DNA of 64,000 bases. It comes from a virus. Position numbers and translations under genes: made by a program. The notes beneath the pieces are model-generated. The model was not told the DNA's origin. It made no database searches and saw nothing but the letters and a program-made list of their open reading frames with translations. Where the stretch lies: IMG/VR virus record IMGVR_UViG_3300043398_000057; one strand, 5' to 3'. Shown here one piece after another: positions 22,167 to 34,500 of this stretch (its first letter is position 1; each line of letters opens with the position of its first letter).

Positions 22167-22185
22167 TTGTTGTAAGACTCAACAC

Positions 22186-22212
22186 AAAGGCCCTTCGGGG
22201 CCTTTTTCTTTT
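22186..22212 (+). terminator. Rho-independent terminator after gp23
   Basis: AAAGGCCC-TTCG-GGGCCTTT followed by a T-rich run. Confidence 0.9.
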
Positions 22213-22242
22213 GCTATGCGGTAAAACTAGGGTAGAACTCGA

Positions 22243-22271
22243 TTGAAAAACACGAAAAAGTGTGATACAAT
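22243..22271 (+). promoter_or_regulatory. Sigma70-like promoter reading into a non-coding region
   Basis: TTGAAA-17 nt-TACAAT with extended -10 TG. Confidence 0.65.
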
Positions 22272-22277
22272 AAAAGT

Positions 22278-22600
22278 GATGTTTACCTGCACTAAACATT
22301 ACAATGATAACACACAGATTGAACGAAGTTCAAGCTGTCGCTTGAAGGAAGTTGCTAGCAACTTCATGAAAGCTGAACATTATGAACATCTTGTTAGAAA
22401 ATTTTTCAACAAGATTTCTAACAAGATGTAAATGATGTGTATAAGTTATGAACGTTACGATGTGATGCAAATGGGAGAACCTATGTCTGAGTGGTTCAGA
22501 CCATGCTTTACCGTTTACAACAAGTTCACATCATTCAGTCGCATACTGCGTATGCTTTGTGAATGATCGGCTTCGCCGGTATCATGTAAATATGATATTC
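22278..22600. other. Palindrome-rich intergenic region: candidate replication origin or structured ncRNA
   Basis: About eight inverted repeats, including perfect GAAGTTGCTAGCAACTTC (22348-22365) and a 15-bp stem (22386-22400/22415-22429); no convincing ORF. Confidence 0.5.
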
Positions 22601-22625
22601 GACACCAAAGATCACAATCACTAAA

Positions 22626-23030
22626 ATGTCAGAAACTTTCAAAATTGTCTCTAGGAACTATAGAGACATTTCATTTTCATTTCAACCTCACCCCGAAACT
22701 GGTGCACTAGCATCTAAAAAGGATATTGAGGCTGTTAAGCAATCTGTTAGAAACCTGATCTTTCTGAACAAGGGAGATAAACCGTTTCATCCTGAAATTG
22801 GTACGGATATTCAAAAACTTCTGTTTGAAAACTCGTCAATCCTTGTTCTTGGTCTTATTGAGGAAGACTGTCGAAGAGTCATTCAAAACTATGAACCCCG
22901 CGCAAATCTAATTTCGGTTAGTGCTAAGTATGGCGATGATCTTCACACTGTTTAGATTTCAGTTGTTTTTGAAGTCGTTGGTATCGAAGAAGAAGTCACC
23001 CTTGATGTAATTGTAAGGCGAACACGATAA
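22626..23030 (+). CDS. gp25: Baseplate wedge subunit gp25; internal TAG 22953-22955
   Basis: YRDISFSF..HP, AVKQSVRNL, KPFHPEIG, IQNYEPR; TAA overlaps gp6 ATG. Confidence 0.93.
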
Positions 23031-24835
23031 TGTCACTCATTCAAGACCCAAGTTTTGACGGTATCAAATCTTCACTGATCGAATACCTGAAGTCTCAAGA
23101 TACCTTTACCAATTACGATCTGGAAGGTACGGCTTTCAACATTCTGTTGGATGTTCTGGCTCAAAACACTCACTATTTGAGTTTGCTTGCAAACATGGTG
23201 GGCAATGAAGCGTTTCTCGATACCGCACAAAAGCGTTCTTCTGTTGTAAGTCATGCCAAAGTTTTGGGTTACACCCCAACAAGTGCCAAGTGCTCTACCA
23301 CAACTTTGAATGTTAACCTTCTGAATGTCGTCAGTGGTTCTGATGTTGGCAATCTCGAAACTTTCACAAAGTTCCAAAGCACATATCTCGGCAACACTTA
23401 CGATTTCTACACGATCAATCAATACCAAGTTTCGAGTGTTGAAGATGAATTCATCTTTGAGAATGTTTCGGTGTTTGCCGGTAAACCTTTCACTGATCGT
23501 TACACATTCGATGCATCAACCAATGAACTTCAGAAGTTCAAAATTGTTTCAAAGTTGGTCGATACAAACACGGTTCGGGTTTACGTTCGTCAGGCATCGG
23601 ATACCAATTTTGTTCTGTTTTCTCCCGCACAAGACATTACGGAAATCACTGCCGATTCCGATGTTTACTTTTTGCAAGAATCGTTTGATGGGTTCTTTGA
23701 AATCTACTTCGGTCAAGGCATCTTGGGCAAGGCACTTCAGAATGGTTCCGAGGTTCGTATTGAATACTTGTCGGCTGAATACACAACGCAAACCAACGGA
23801 TGCAATAACTTTTCATTGGTTACCGACATTGGTTACAACACAACCTGTTTGACCTTTGATTCGGCGTTTGGCGGCGCGGGTGTGGAAAGCATTGAAAGCA
23901 TCAAGGAAACGGCCCCAAAGGCGTTTGCAGCGCAAAATCGTGCTGTGACCGCATCTGACTATGACTACATCATCAAAAAGAGTTTCCCGTATGTTACCGG
24001 CATCTCTGTTTGGGGTGGCGAAGACAACTCACCTCCCGTTTACGGTAAGGTGTTCATCTCGCTGAGTCCTGAACCGGGCAAGTACATCTCTTAGGAAACC
24101 AAGAACAACGTTATCGCGGAGTTGATTCGTAAAAAGAGTGTTCTTACTGTGATTCCCGAATTTGTTGACCCTGATTACATCTATGTTTTGGTCAACAGTG
24201 ATGTTAAGTATCGTCCTCAAGGTTCCGTCACCAATAAAAGTGATATTGTGAGTGTTGTTTCTGCCGGTATCAAGTCATATTTGGATTCAAACATTGGCGT
24301 TTTCTTGTCTGGTATCGATTACTCGAATCTTGTTGCATTCATTGACAAACTTGACGGAAACATTGTTTCAAATCAAACTCGTCTGCGTCTGAAAAGAAAG
24401 CTGCAACCTGTTTTCAACACAATCACAACATATTCTGTTCCATTCAGAAACCCGATTCAGCAAGGTTCTGTTTACAGTGATGCTTTCTTGATTTCTGTTG
24501 ACGGTCAAATCAAAACCTGTTATCTCCGCGATGGTGAATCTATCACCGTTTCGAGAGATTCGAAGGGTTTGGTAAACACTGTTGGTGTTATTCAGTTGGT
24601 CGATTACGAGACTGGTGAAATCTACAAAGATGTTGGCTCGATTGTTTACACCGCTTCAGATTCTGGTCAAGCTGGGTTCATTTCATTTGGTTTGAACATT
24701 GGTTCTCTGCAAGCACAAAAGTTCGACCTTGAACTTTATGCAACACCTCAAGACCTCAACATTGCAGGATATTTCAACACCATTTTGACAGTAGATAACG
24801 AAAGTGTTGACTCTATCAAGGTGGCGGTTAAGTGA
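23030..24835 (+). CDS. gp6: Baseplate wedge subunit gp6; internal TAG 24092-24094
   Basis: FDGIKSSL, NEAFLDTAQKRSSVVSHAKVLGYTP, AQNRAVTASDY, WGGEDNSPPVYGKVFIS. Confidence 0.94.
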
Positions 24836-26277
24836 TGACGGATATTTCAATTTTCATCAAGTCGCAGATTCCGGCGCACCTGAGAAGCAATGAACTGTTT
24901 GTTCAGTTTCTTGTTTCTTACTATACATGGTTGAGTAAATTTCAGCGCAGAATTCCAGAAGTCACACGGCTAGAAACAAACGTTATTCTGTACGTTGATA
25001 TCGGTTACGTTGAGTCTGGTTACATCAAGGGTTTCACCGAAGAACGGGTTGTGACTGATGTTGCTGAAGTTCCTCAAGAATTCAACCCCGCTGGTCTGTT
25101 CACAAATTTGTCAACTATTCTGGATATTGACAGAACGTTTGACATTTTCCTTGATATGTTCTCCAAGACATATGCAAGTGCTGTTTACGCAAGTAATGAA
25201 TCTGCTGCCAAGCTGCTGGTAAAGAACATTCGTTCAATCTATGAGGCTAAGGGTACGCCCGGCGCGATCAAGAGTTTGTTCAGAATTCTCTATCAGGAAG
25301 AAATCAACATCACGACACCGTATGACAGTACCATGCTTGTTTCCGGTGGTGTTTGGAAAGTTCCAAAGAAGATTCGAGTCAACGTTGCTTACGGTGATGC
25401 GAGTGACATTGAAAATTCATGGGTCGCTGTTGACTTTGGCGGAACGAAAAGACGCTTGCCCGTTGTTCGAGCCATTCCAGTTTTCAATCCATTGGATGCC
25501 GGTGGTGTTTATCTTGATTTGGAATTTGAAAACCTTGGCGATTTGAACATTCCACCATCCACACTGATCACACTGACCGATAGATTCCGTGGATCGGTTG
25601 TCCATGTTCCAACAAAATACAAAATTCTGAGCCCCGGTACAGGGTTTCAAATTGGTCAGAAGTTTGAACTCATTGACAATAACGGCTACGGTTCAGTTGT
25701 TCGAGTAACTAAGATCACACCGGAAGGTGGCATTTCTGCGCTTGCATTTGATGAACGTGGTTTTGGATACACTAAGAAGTTTTCTGCAACTCTGACAAGT
25801 AGCGGAAAAGAATTCTCAAAGTCTGATACCCCGGGTCGTTATACCGATAGCGTCAATTTTGGCGATTCGGGAACAGTTTTGGTTAATGGTGTAGAATGGG
25901 CAAAGTTTGGTAAGGGCGCGTCTATCGTAAAGAAAAACGAAAGTGCGATTATTGAGTTTGATGTTTATGGGAATTACGATGAAGAAGGCTATTTTCTTTC
26001 TGGCACTTTTATTTCTGACAGTAGTTTGTATGACGGATTCTACTTCCAACAATACTCATATGAAATTTCAACAACCGCAGAACTATCAGACTATGAGGAC
26101 ATTCTGAAAAGAACTGTTCACCCTGCCGGTACAAAGAATTTTTCCAAGCGCAGAATTGAGAATACTTTGAGTCCGCAATTCTTCGCCGGTATCGAAAATG
26201 TTCCAATTGTCGCATTGATTAACGATAGTTTCGATTTTGATGACGATACTACCGTTCAAAAATTTCTTTCTCTGTGA
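24832..26277 (+). CDS. Baseplate wedge subunit (gp7-like)
   Basis: FVQFLVSYYTWL, KNIRSIYEAKGT..LFRILY, FQQYSYEI, VHPAG; between gp6 and gp8. Confidence 0.75.
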   Translation: MMTDISIFIKSQIPAHLRSNELFVQFLVSYYTWLSKFQRRIPEVTRLETNVILYVDIGYVESGYIKGFTEERVVTDVAEVPQEFNPAGLFTNLSTILDIDRTFDIFLDMFSKTYASAVYASNESAAKLLVKNIRSIYEAKGTPGAIKSLFRILYQEEINITTPYDSTMLVSGGVWKVPKKIRVNVAYGDASDIENSWVAVDFGGTKRRLPVVRAIPVFNPLDAGGVYLDLEFENLGDLNIPPSTLITLTDRFRGSVVHVPTKYKILSPGTGFQIGQKFELIDNNGYGSVVRVTKITPEGGISALAFDERGFGYTKKFSATLTSSGKEFSKSDTPGRYTDSVNFGDSGTVLVNGVEWAKFGKGASIVKKNESAIIEFDVYGNYDEEGYFLSGTFISDSSLYDGFYFQQYSYEISTTAELSDYEDILKRTVHPAGTKNFSKRRIENTLSPQFFAGIENVPIVALINDSFDFDDDTTVQKFLSL

Positions 26278-26310
26278 CGATAAATAAACCGCAACACATT
26301 AGGAAAAGAC

Positions 26311-26760
26311 ATGCAAGACAATATCAAATATACCGGTGAACTGACAGTGATGATTCATGATGGTATTACGGGTGAGTTGAAATCTACGGAAGTCCATAAA
26401 AACCTTGTTGTGAAGGTTGGTCGAGACTTTGCCGCCCGAAGACTTCATAGCAATGCCGATTCCCCAATGTCTCACATGGCAATTGGTACGAACAACGTTA
26501 CACAAACACCAAGTAATCAAATCTTGGGCGCGGAGATTGCCCGTGTTGCATTTGCTAGTGTGCCGACCACAACGGATTCAACAACAACCTTTGTCGGCAC
26601 TTTTAACGCTGGTGTTGGTACGGGTACGATTACCGAAGCTGGCATTTTTAATGATGCTGGTTCAAATACCGGTGTGATGTTGGCTCGAACCACATTCAAT
26701 GCCAAACCAAAGTTGTCCACTGATATTTTCACTATCATCTGGAACATCACCGCAAACTGA
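26311..26760 (+). CDS. Baseplate/tail-fibre-associated structural protein
   Basis: KNLVV..MSHMAIG..ITEAGIFN..MLARTTF. Confidence 0.75.
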   Translation: MQDNIKYTGELTVMIHDGITGELKSTEVHKNLVVKVGRDFAARRLHSNADSPMSHMAIGTNNVTQTPSNQILGAEIARVAFASVPTTTDSTTTFVGTFNAGVGTGTITEAGIFNDAGSNTGVMLARTTFNAKPKLSTDIFTIIWNITAN

Positions 26761-26772
26761 TAGAGGTTTATT

Positions 26773-28503
26773 TTGGCAATCATCAAACACGGTCTTAGAA
26801 GATCACTGGCTGAAGTTTTCTACAATGAAGTGGTGACGAACCAAACACGGTTCTACTACTTCATTGGTGATACTTTGCAAGCCTCAAGCACAAATGTCAT
26901 ACAAGAACCAGATGATTCATATTCGTATGAACTTTCAACTCGTCGCAATATCATTGCAGCGAAGAAGATTCGTGCATCCGATTTGAGTTTTGTTATCAGA
27001 AAAATCGAATGGGTTTCGGGTGCTGTTTATGACGATTATGACGAATATGCTGATGGCTATTTGTCGGCCACTGGCGCGAATACTTTGCGAGAGTCGAATT
27101 TCTATGTTGTGACTGATGAAAATCAGGTTTACAAGTGTATTTCAAATTCTGGTGGTCAACCATCAACGGTTAAACCTACCGGAATGACTACAACAGTTTT
27201 CAGAACTTCTGACGGTTATAAGTGGAAGTTCATGTATAAGATTCCTCAAACTCTTATCAATCGTTTTGGTAGCACATCATACATCCCCGTAACAAACCCT
27301 GCAACCCGCCTTTCTTTGTCTTCTGGTGGCATTGACCGGGTTATCGTTAGTGCGTTGGGTAGCGGATATATCTCGGCAACGATTACTGTTGAAGGTGATG
27401 GCACTGATGCAGTTTTGACTCCCGTTATCGAGAATGGTCAAATTGTTCGAGTGGTTATCACTGACGCTGGTGTTGGCTACAGCTATGCGAAACTTGTTGT
27501 TTCCGGTATCGGTGAAGATGGTAACCCGATCACAATCGAAAATCAAGCAAAATTGAATGCTGTTTTGGCTGTTGAAGCTGTTGACACTAAGCAAGAATCT
27601 GTTGAACTCAATTCAGTCCCCGGGGCAATCGAAAACATCAAGATTTTGGATGGTGGTACAAACTACAGTGAAGGTACAACGACTTTCAACGTTGTTGGTG
27701 ACGGTACTGGTTTGGTGTTCACACCAGTTTTCAACAACGGTGTTATCACAGAACTCAAAATTGAGAGTGCTGGTCGAAACTATTCATATTTGACCATCAC
27801 CGCACAAGACTAGGTTAACAACGAGTTTGGCGCAGTTTTCCGACCAATTATCAGCCCTCCCGGTGGTCACGGTTCAAATGCTGTTGATGAACTGTTTTCT
27901 TCCGTTGTCGCTGTTAGCACAAAGATTCGGTCAGAACTGAATAACGGGGTCAACGTTACAAACAATTACATTCAAAACGGTATCATTCGTTCTATCCGTG
28001 GGTATAGAACGGGTCGTTTGATCGATAAGGATTACGCTAGTGCATGTTTTGTCGTCTATGGCGCAATTCGTGCGATTGATTTCCCCGTCGATTCAAAACT
28101 TGTTTCGCCCGAAGCCGGAAACACATTCACTGTTGTTGACTCCAAAGATGGTCAACTTTTGATTGCATCTGATTCGACTAGAGGTCTTGAGATTGATCAG
28201 ATTTTGTATTCTGTAAGTAACAACGTTTCTTTCAGTGTAACCGATTTGATTGAGCCGGATTTCGATGTTTTTAGTGGAACCGTTTGTTCGATCAACAATC
28301 AGTCGCCATTCACACATTCTGATAATCAGACTTTGGAACTCGTTACATATTTGGTGTTTGAAGATGTGGCAAGTTTGTCACGCACAAAGATGCCAGAATC
28401 TGAAATTTTGCCGCCTACACCAGTTTCATCGAGTAATGTTGTTTTTGGTGGTAATGATGTTGTTTTGAATGGCAACTCTATCATTTTTAGAATGCCGACT
28501 TGA
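26773..28503 (+). CDS. gp8: Baseplate wedge subunit gp8-like; internal TAG 27811-27813
   Basis: FYVVTDENQVYKCISN, DGYKWKFMY; IISPPGGHGSNAVDEL lies downstream of the TAG. Confidence 0.88.
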
Positions 28504-28548
28504 GTTCATCCATAAATAGATCAGCTAAACCGTATAGGATACCGTCTA

Positions 28549-31500
28549 ATGTCTCTCCAAACTTCACAAGCACCTTATTTTGACGATTTCTCCGAAGACA
28601 ATGGTTTCTATAAGATTCTGTTTCGTCCCGGTTTTCCTGTTCAGGCGCGTGAACTGACGCAACTTCAGACAATCATTCAAAACCAAGTTTCAAAGTTTGG
28701 TGAACACATTTTCAAGAATGGTTCGATGGTTGTCCCCGGTCAAGTTTCGTTTAGCACTGAAGCTCAGTATGTCAAGCTGGCAATCACAACCACATCCGGT
28801 ATTCCAACAAATACTGTGATCGATTCGTTTATTGGTAAGAAGGTTGTTGGTCGCACTTCTGGTATTGTTGGTGAAGTTCTGGCTGTTGCTGGTAACACTT
28901 TGGATGGTGTTGACCCCAATACGATCTATGTTCGTTATGAAACGTCTAGCCTTGACGGTAATGGTAAGGTGTTTCTTGACAATGAAGCTGTGAACGTTGA
29001 AGGTTTCGCCTTTGATGTGAATGTTACGGGTACCGGGTTTGGTTCTACGGCTTTCATCGGTCGTGGCATTTACTTTGTCAATGGTTATTTTGTTCTGGTC
29101 GAAGAACAAACGATCATTTTGGACAAGTACACCCGCACTCCAAGCTATCGAGTCGGTCTGAAGGTTTTTGAGAAAGTTGTGACTTCGGATGAAGATAGTT
29201 CGCTGCTTGATCCTTCGCTTGGTTCACCAAACTTTGCCGCGCCCGGCGCACATCGTCAGTTCATTGCATTGAATTTGACTAAGATTCCGCTTAACTCTGT
29301 TGATGACAGTGATTTCATCGAATTGCTGGCTCTGGAAAATGGTCTGCTGCAAAGAATTGTTAATAAGACTGCTTACGGTGCAATTGAAGACACTCTCGCC
29401 CGTAGAACTTATGACGAATCTGGTGATTACGTTGTCACCAATTTTGACGTTGCTATCAAGGAAGAACGAAACAACAATCAAGGCGAGTGGCAACCCGGGC
29501 GTCAATACTACCGTGGCGACTATTCTGTTTCCAACTCTAAGTTGTATCTGGCTACCAATAATGCAGTGTCTGGTACAAATGCGCCAAGTCACGCAACCGG
29601 TATCGTTTCCGATGCAGTGACCGGTGGCGTTCTGTGGGAACAAGTTGATTCGGCTGTTTACAATTTGGGTCAGAATATCAATGGTAACCCCGAAAACTTT
29701 GCCATGGTTATCGATCCGGGTAAGGCATACGTTCGTGGTTACGAAATTGAAAAGACCGGTCAGGAAGTTTTGAGTGTTCCAAAGTCTCGCGATTTCAAGC
29801 AAACCGGTTCGACTTATATTGATCCTCTGTATGGGAACTATGTTCAAATCACTAACGCTTCCGGTGTTGTGCCTATTGCAAACTATGCAAAAATTGAACT
29901 GCATTCACATTTCACAACTGCTCATGGAACATCGCCCGCTGCCAAGATTGGTACTGCGCGTGTTCGTCACGTTGAAAAGATTTCCGGCACCCCCGGTTCA
30001 ACAACCGAAGTCTTTAACCTGTATTTGTTCGATGTTGTTCTGAACACTGGATTCACATTCTCTCGCGATGTTAAGGGTCTTTTCTACGATAACCCTGCTG
30101 GTGGCGCGACAAAGGATTTCTCTGCTGATGTTGTTCCCGATTTGGTTCAATTGACTGGTTCGATTTCCGTTTCTAACACTTCGGTCACTGGCAACGGTAC
30201 ATCGTTCACCACACAATTGAAAATTGGTGACTACATCAAGTTTGACGGTGTGACAACTCGCGTGACTGCAATTGCAAGCGATAACGCTTTGACGATTTCG
30301 AGTAACGCAAACGTTACGAACCTCGCGTTTTACCGTGTTGAAGTGATCAACTATGAAAGCGCACTGACTGACGCACTGTTTGAACTGAACACTCCATACG
30401 TTCGTTCTGTGCGCAATTCAAGTAACCAGAATGCTACCGCATACACCGCTGTCGGAACGTTCACTGGAACGGCTTCTGCTGCTTCTGGTGGCACTTGTAC
30501 ACTGTCTATCACCTCTACGTCTGGTTCGTTCGCTTCAGGTGCTGATAGCGACAACTACATCATTTACAACAACGAAACCGGCCACACAGTTCCGTTCATT
30601 TCTGTCTCTGTTGCCGGTAACAATGCAACTATCACACTTTCGTCAACTTACGCAAACGTTTCGTTTGTGGTGATTGCTGCTATCAACAAAACCGGAACTT
30701 TGCTGACTGAAAAAATTAAGACTCTTAGCACTCAAACTCTGACGATTTCTACATCTGATTTGGCAACCGCTAAGAAGATTTCTTTGGGTAAGGCTGACGG
30801 TTTCAGAATCAAGTCTATCAAGCAAGATTCCGGCACGTTTGATGACCCTACCGGTCTGTTCACCAAGAATATCACCAACAACTATAGTTTTGATAATGGT
30901 CAACGAGATTCGTTCTATGACCTTGCATCAATTTCTTTGAAGTCTGGTGCTTCGGTTCCTAGTGCACCGATTCAAATTGTGTTCGAGTATTTCCAACATT
31001 CGAACGGTGACTATTTCACTGTGAATTCCTATAACAGTATCGACTATTCACAAATTCCTAGCATCAATGGTGTGTATCTGGCTGATGTTATCGATTTCCG
31101 CCCACGGATTTCTGATGATGGTCTGAACTTTGTTGGTGCTGGTTCAAATGCTGGTTTGTTTATCAAGCCCGGCACTTCCATTCTTACAGATTATTCGTAC
31201 TACCTCCCCCGTATTGATTCTGTTAGTTTGGCATCGGATGGTAAGTTTATTCGAGTTGCCGGTATTCCTAGCGAACTGCCAACTGTTCCTAGCAAGCCCG
31301 ATAACGCCATGGCGTTGTACAATGTCAACATTCCGGCATATACCGGTGATGTTCGCGAAATTTTCCTGAATCCATTTGACAACAAGCGATACACCATGCG
31401 CGACATTGGTAAGATCGAAAAGCGTGTTGCAAATTTGGAAGAATATGCCATTTTGAACACCCTTGAACAAAATACCGCTAACACATCGATTTACGATAGC

Positions 31501-34500
31501 AAGCGAGAAGAAAAGTTCAAGACTGGTTTCATTGTTGACAACTTCAGCGACACCAAGACCGCCAATACAGAATCGCCGGAATTCTCAGTTTCGATTGATC
31601 CTAGTTTGAATGAATGTCAACCATCGTTCACGGTTGAAAACGTTGACTTGGTTGAGTCTGCAACTTCCGCTGCTGCGCGTGCCGCATCGAATTATGCATT
31701 GACCGGTGATCTGATCACGTTGCCTTTCACCGAAGTCAAGTATATCGAGAACCCATTTGCTTCGCGCATCATCAATGTCAACCCATATGCAGTGTTCACT
31801 TTCATCGGCAATATGGATTTGACACCAAGTTCCGACACTTGGTTCGAAACTCGTTACCTGCCACAAATTGTTATTCGTCGCGAAGGCAATTTCAATTTGT
31901 TCAAGAATCTCTATGATGGTAAAACTCAATGGAATAGCTGGCAAACCAACTGGTCTGGTGTGTTGGCGACTCGCACTGAGCAAGTTATGGATTGGGTCAA
32001 TGGTAGATTCGGCTTTGAAACTAACACAACTGTTCAGTCAAATCAGACTAGAACCGGTGTGACAACATCTGTCACCGAACGTTTTGACAACAAGCTGATT
32101 GGTGACAGAATTGTTTCGACAACTTCTGTGCCATTCATCCGTGCCCGTAGAATTTTGGTGCAAACCAAGGCTCTCAAGCCTAGCACAAAGTTCTTCCCAT
32201 TCTTTGACAATGTTGATGTTTCTCCTTACATTGATTATCCAACTCGAATTGCTTACAGTACAACATCTCCATTGAATTTCGACGATTCGACGAACGTTGG
32301 TGGCGACATTTTTGAAAACGCCCGTAAGATTTCTGGTGATACGACAAGTTCTCTGTCTCGCGGGGATGTTATCAGAAACTCGAACGGTGCAACCGCTGTT
32401 GTGATTGGCACCTTCACCGAAAACAACATTCGATATTTGGATGTTATCAACGTCAAGGGTACTTTCTCAACTGGTAATGTGATCACGGGTAGCATTTCAA
32501 ACGCCACTGGCACCATCATCACAACGCCAACTGTTCTGAACAATTTGATCAGTAACAAGTCGGGTGAGTTGAACTTCATTTTCCGTTTGCCATGTGATGA
32601 TATCCAACGTTTCAACACTGGTACACGACAGTTCAAGTTGATTGATTCTTCTACAAACAATCAAACTTCTGGTAACTATACCTCTGTTGCGTTCGGGTCA
32701 TATGAAGCAACTGGCGTTCTGAATACTCGTCAACAGACTATCGAATCGACTCGCAACGCCAACGTTGCAAGTCAGTATGTCAGTGAAACTAGAACCACGA
32801 TTACCAATCAGACAACCTTTGTCGCACAAGATTTTTGGGTTGATCCTTTGGCACAATCTTTCTTTGTTGACAACTCTGGTGGCTGTTTCATCACATCGGT
32901 TGACATTTATTTTGCTTCCAAGGATGCATCAATTCCTGTTTCTCTCGAAATTCGAGAAATGGTGAATGGCTACCCTGGCAAGAAAATTGTGCCATTCTCC
33001 AAGGTTGTTTTGAAGCCTTCTGATGTTAAGATTTCGGGTTCGACCGTTACTGTTGATGGGGCGAATGTTGCATCGTTCAACACTCCAACACGTTTCACGT
33101 TCAAGTCTCCCGTGTATCTGATGGAAAACACCGAATACTGCTTTGTGCTGTTGTCGGATTCCAACAAGTACAACGTGTGGATTTCGCATCTTGGCGACAA
33201 GATTCCCGGCACAACTCGTTACATTTCGGAACAACCTTACGCGGGTTCTATGTTCAAGTCGCAAAATGCTTCTACTTGGACTGCCGAACAAATGGAAGAC
33301 ATTAAGTTCACCATCAACCGCGCCAAGTTCAACACCAATGTAAACGCTGTTGTTGATTTTGTCAACGGTGAACTGCCTCAGGTGAACTTGACAACCGACC
33401 CAATTGCAACGACCAACGGTGTTTCAAAGGTTCGAGTCAACTTCCCCAACAACTGTTTGAGCGTTGGTGATAAGGTTAATCTGGTCAACACCGATGAAAC
33501 CATTACTTCTATCAATGGTATTCCATCTTCTGAAATTTTTGGTGAGCATATTGTTCTTAGCACTGATCCGGACAGCATTGTGATTGATGTTGCTACGAAT
33601 GCAACTGCTACAGGTTTCGGTGGTGGCGATAGCGTGTTTGTTGTTCCTAACATCACGTTTAACAACATTCATCCAAACATTCAGCACACAAAGTTGGTCG
33701 ATACATCAATTGATTTCCAAGCTGCATTCACTACAGGCAAGTCATATGATGGTACGGAAATTGCCTATAGCCAAACCGGTTACACAAATGTTCAAGTTGG
33801 CGATAACACGGAACTTCCGGTGACATATGGTGTTTACAGTAAGTTGAATGAAACGACTTATCTGGCAAGCAACAAGTCTTTGAAGGTTCGAGCATTTTTG
33901 AGTTCCAAGCGTGACAACCTTTCGCCGGTCATTGACGTACACCGCACCGATGTTACTTTGATTCGACATGAGTTGAATGCGCCAACATTTGAAAACTCGG
34001 TTGTCAGTGATATTGATCGTAGATTGATTATTTCTGATGCTACCGATATTTCATCGTCAACAACAGGTTTCTCAAGTTCTAACGCATCTCGTCAACAACT
34101 CAATACAATTGAAGTTGGTCAGTATATTCGTGTTGATTCAACCTCGAATTCTGGTGACTATCTGGTTACCGATGTTTCGATTGGTGATACTTCGACAACG
34201 ATTACTGTTAATACACCACTGACAGCATCAACAACGGGGCAACTTGTCAACGTTTCCGTGTATGACAGATTCTTTGAAGAAACCAATCCCAATAGTGGTT
34301 CGGCAAGGTCTAAGTACGTTACCAAGTCTATGGTGTTGAACAACTCTTCGGATTACCTGAGTGTTGCATTTGACGCGAATTTGGTTGCTGGTAGCGATGT
34401 GAGAGTTTTCTACAAGATTTCTCCTGTTGGTTCAACTCTGAATTTTGAAAACCAAAAGTGGGTTGAAATGACTTTGGAAAATCGTAAGCAGTTCGTATCG

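Noticed and set aside
22243-22431. 62-aa ORF after gp23
   Set aside because: Its TTG start is the -35 box, it lacks an RBS and it runs through palindromes
22473-22540. tRNA-like fragment (GTCTGAGTGGTT resembles a Ser/Leu D-arm) as the suppressor tRNA
   Set aside because: No T-arm GTTCGA, no acceptor stem and no cloverleaf; no tRNA found in this window
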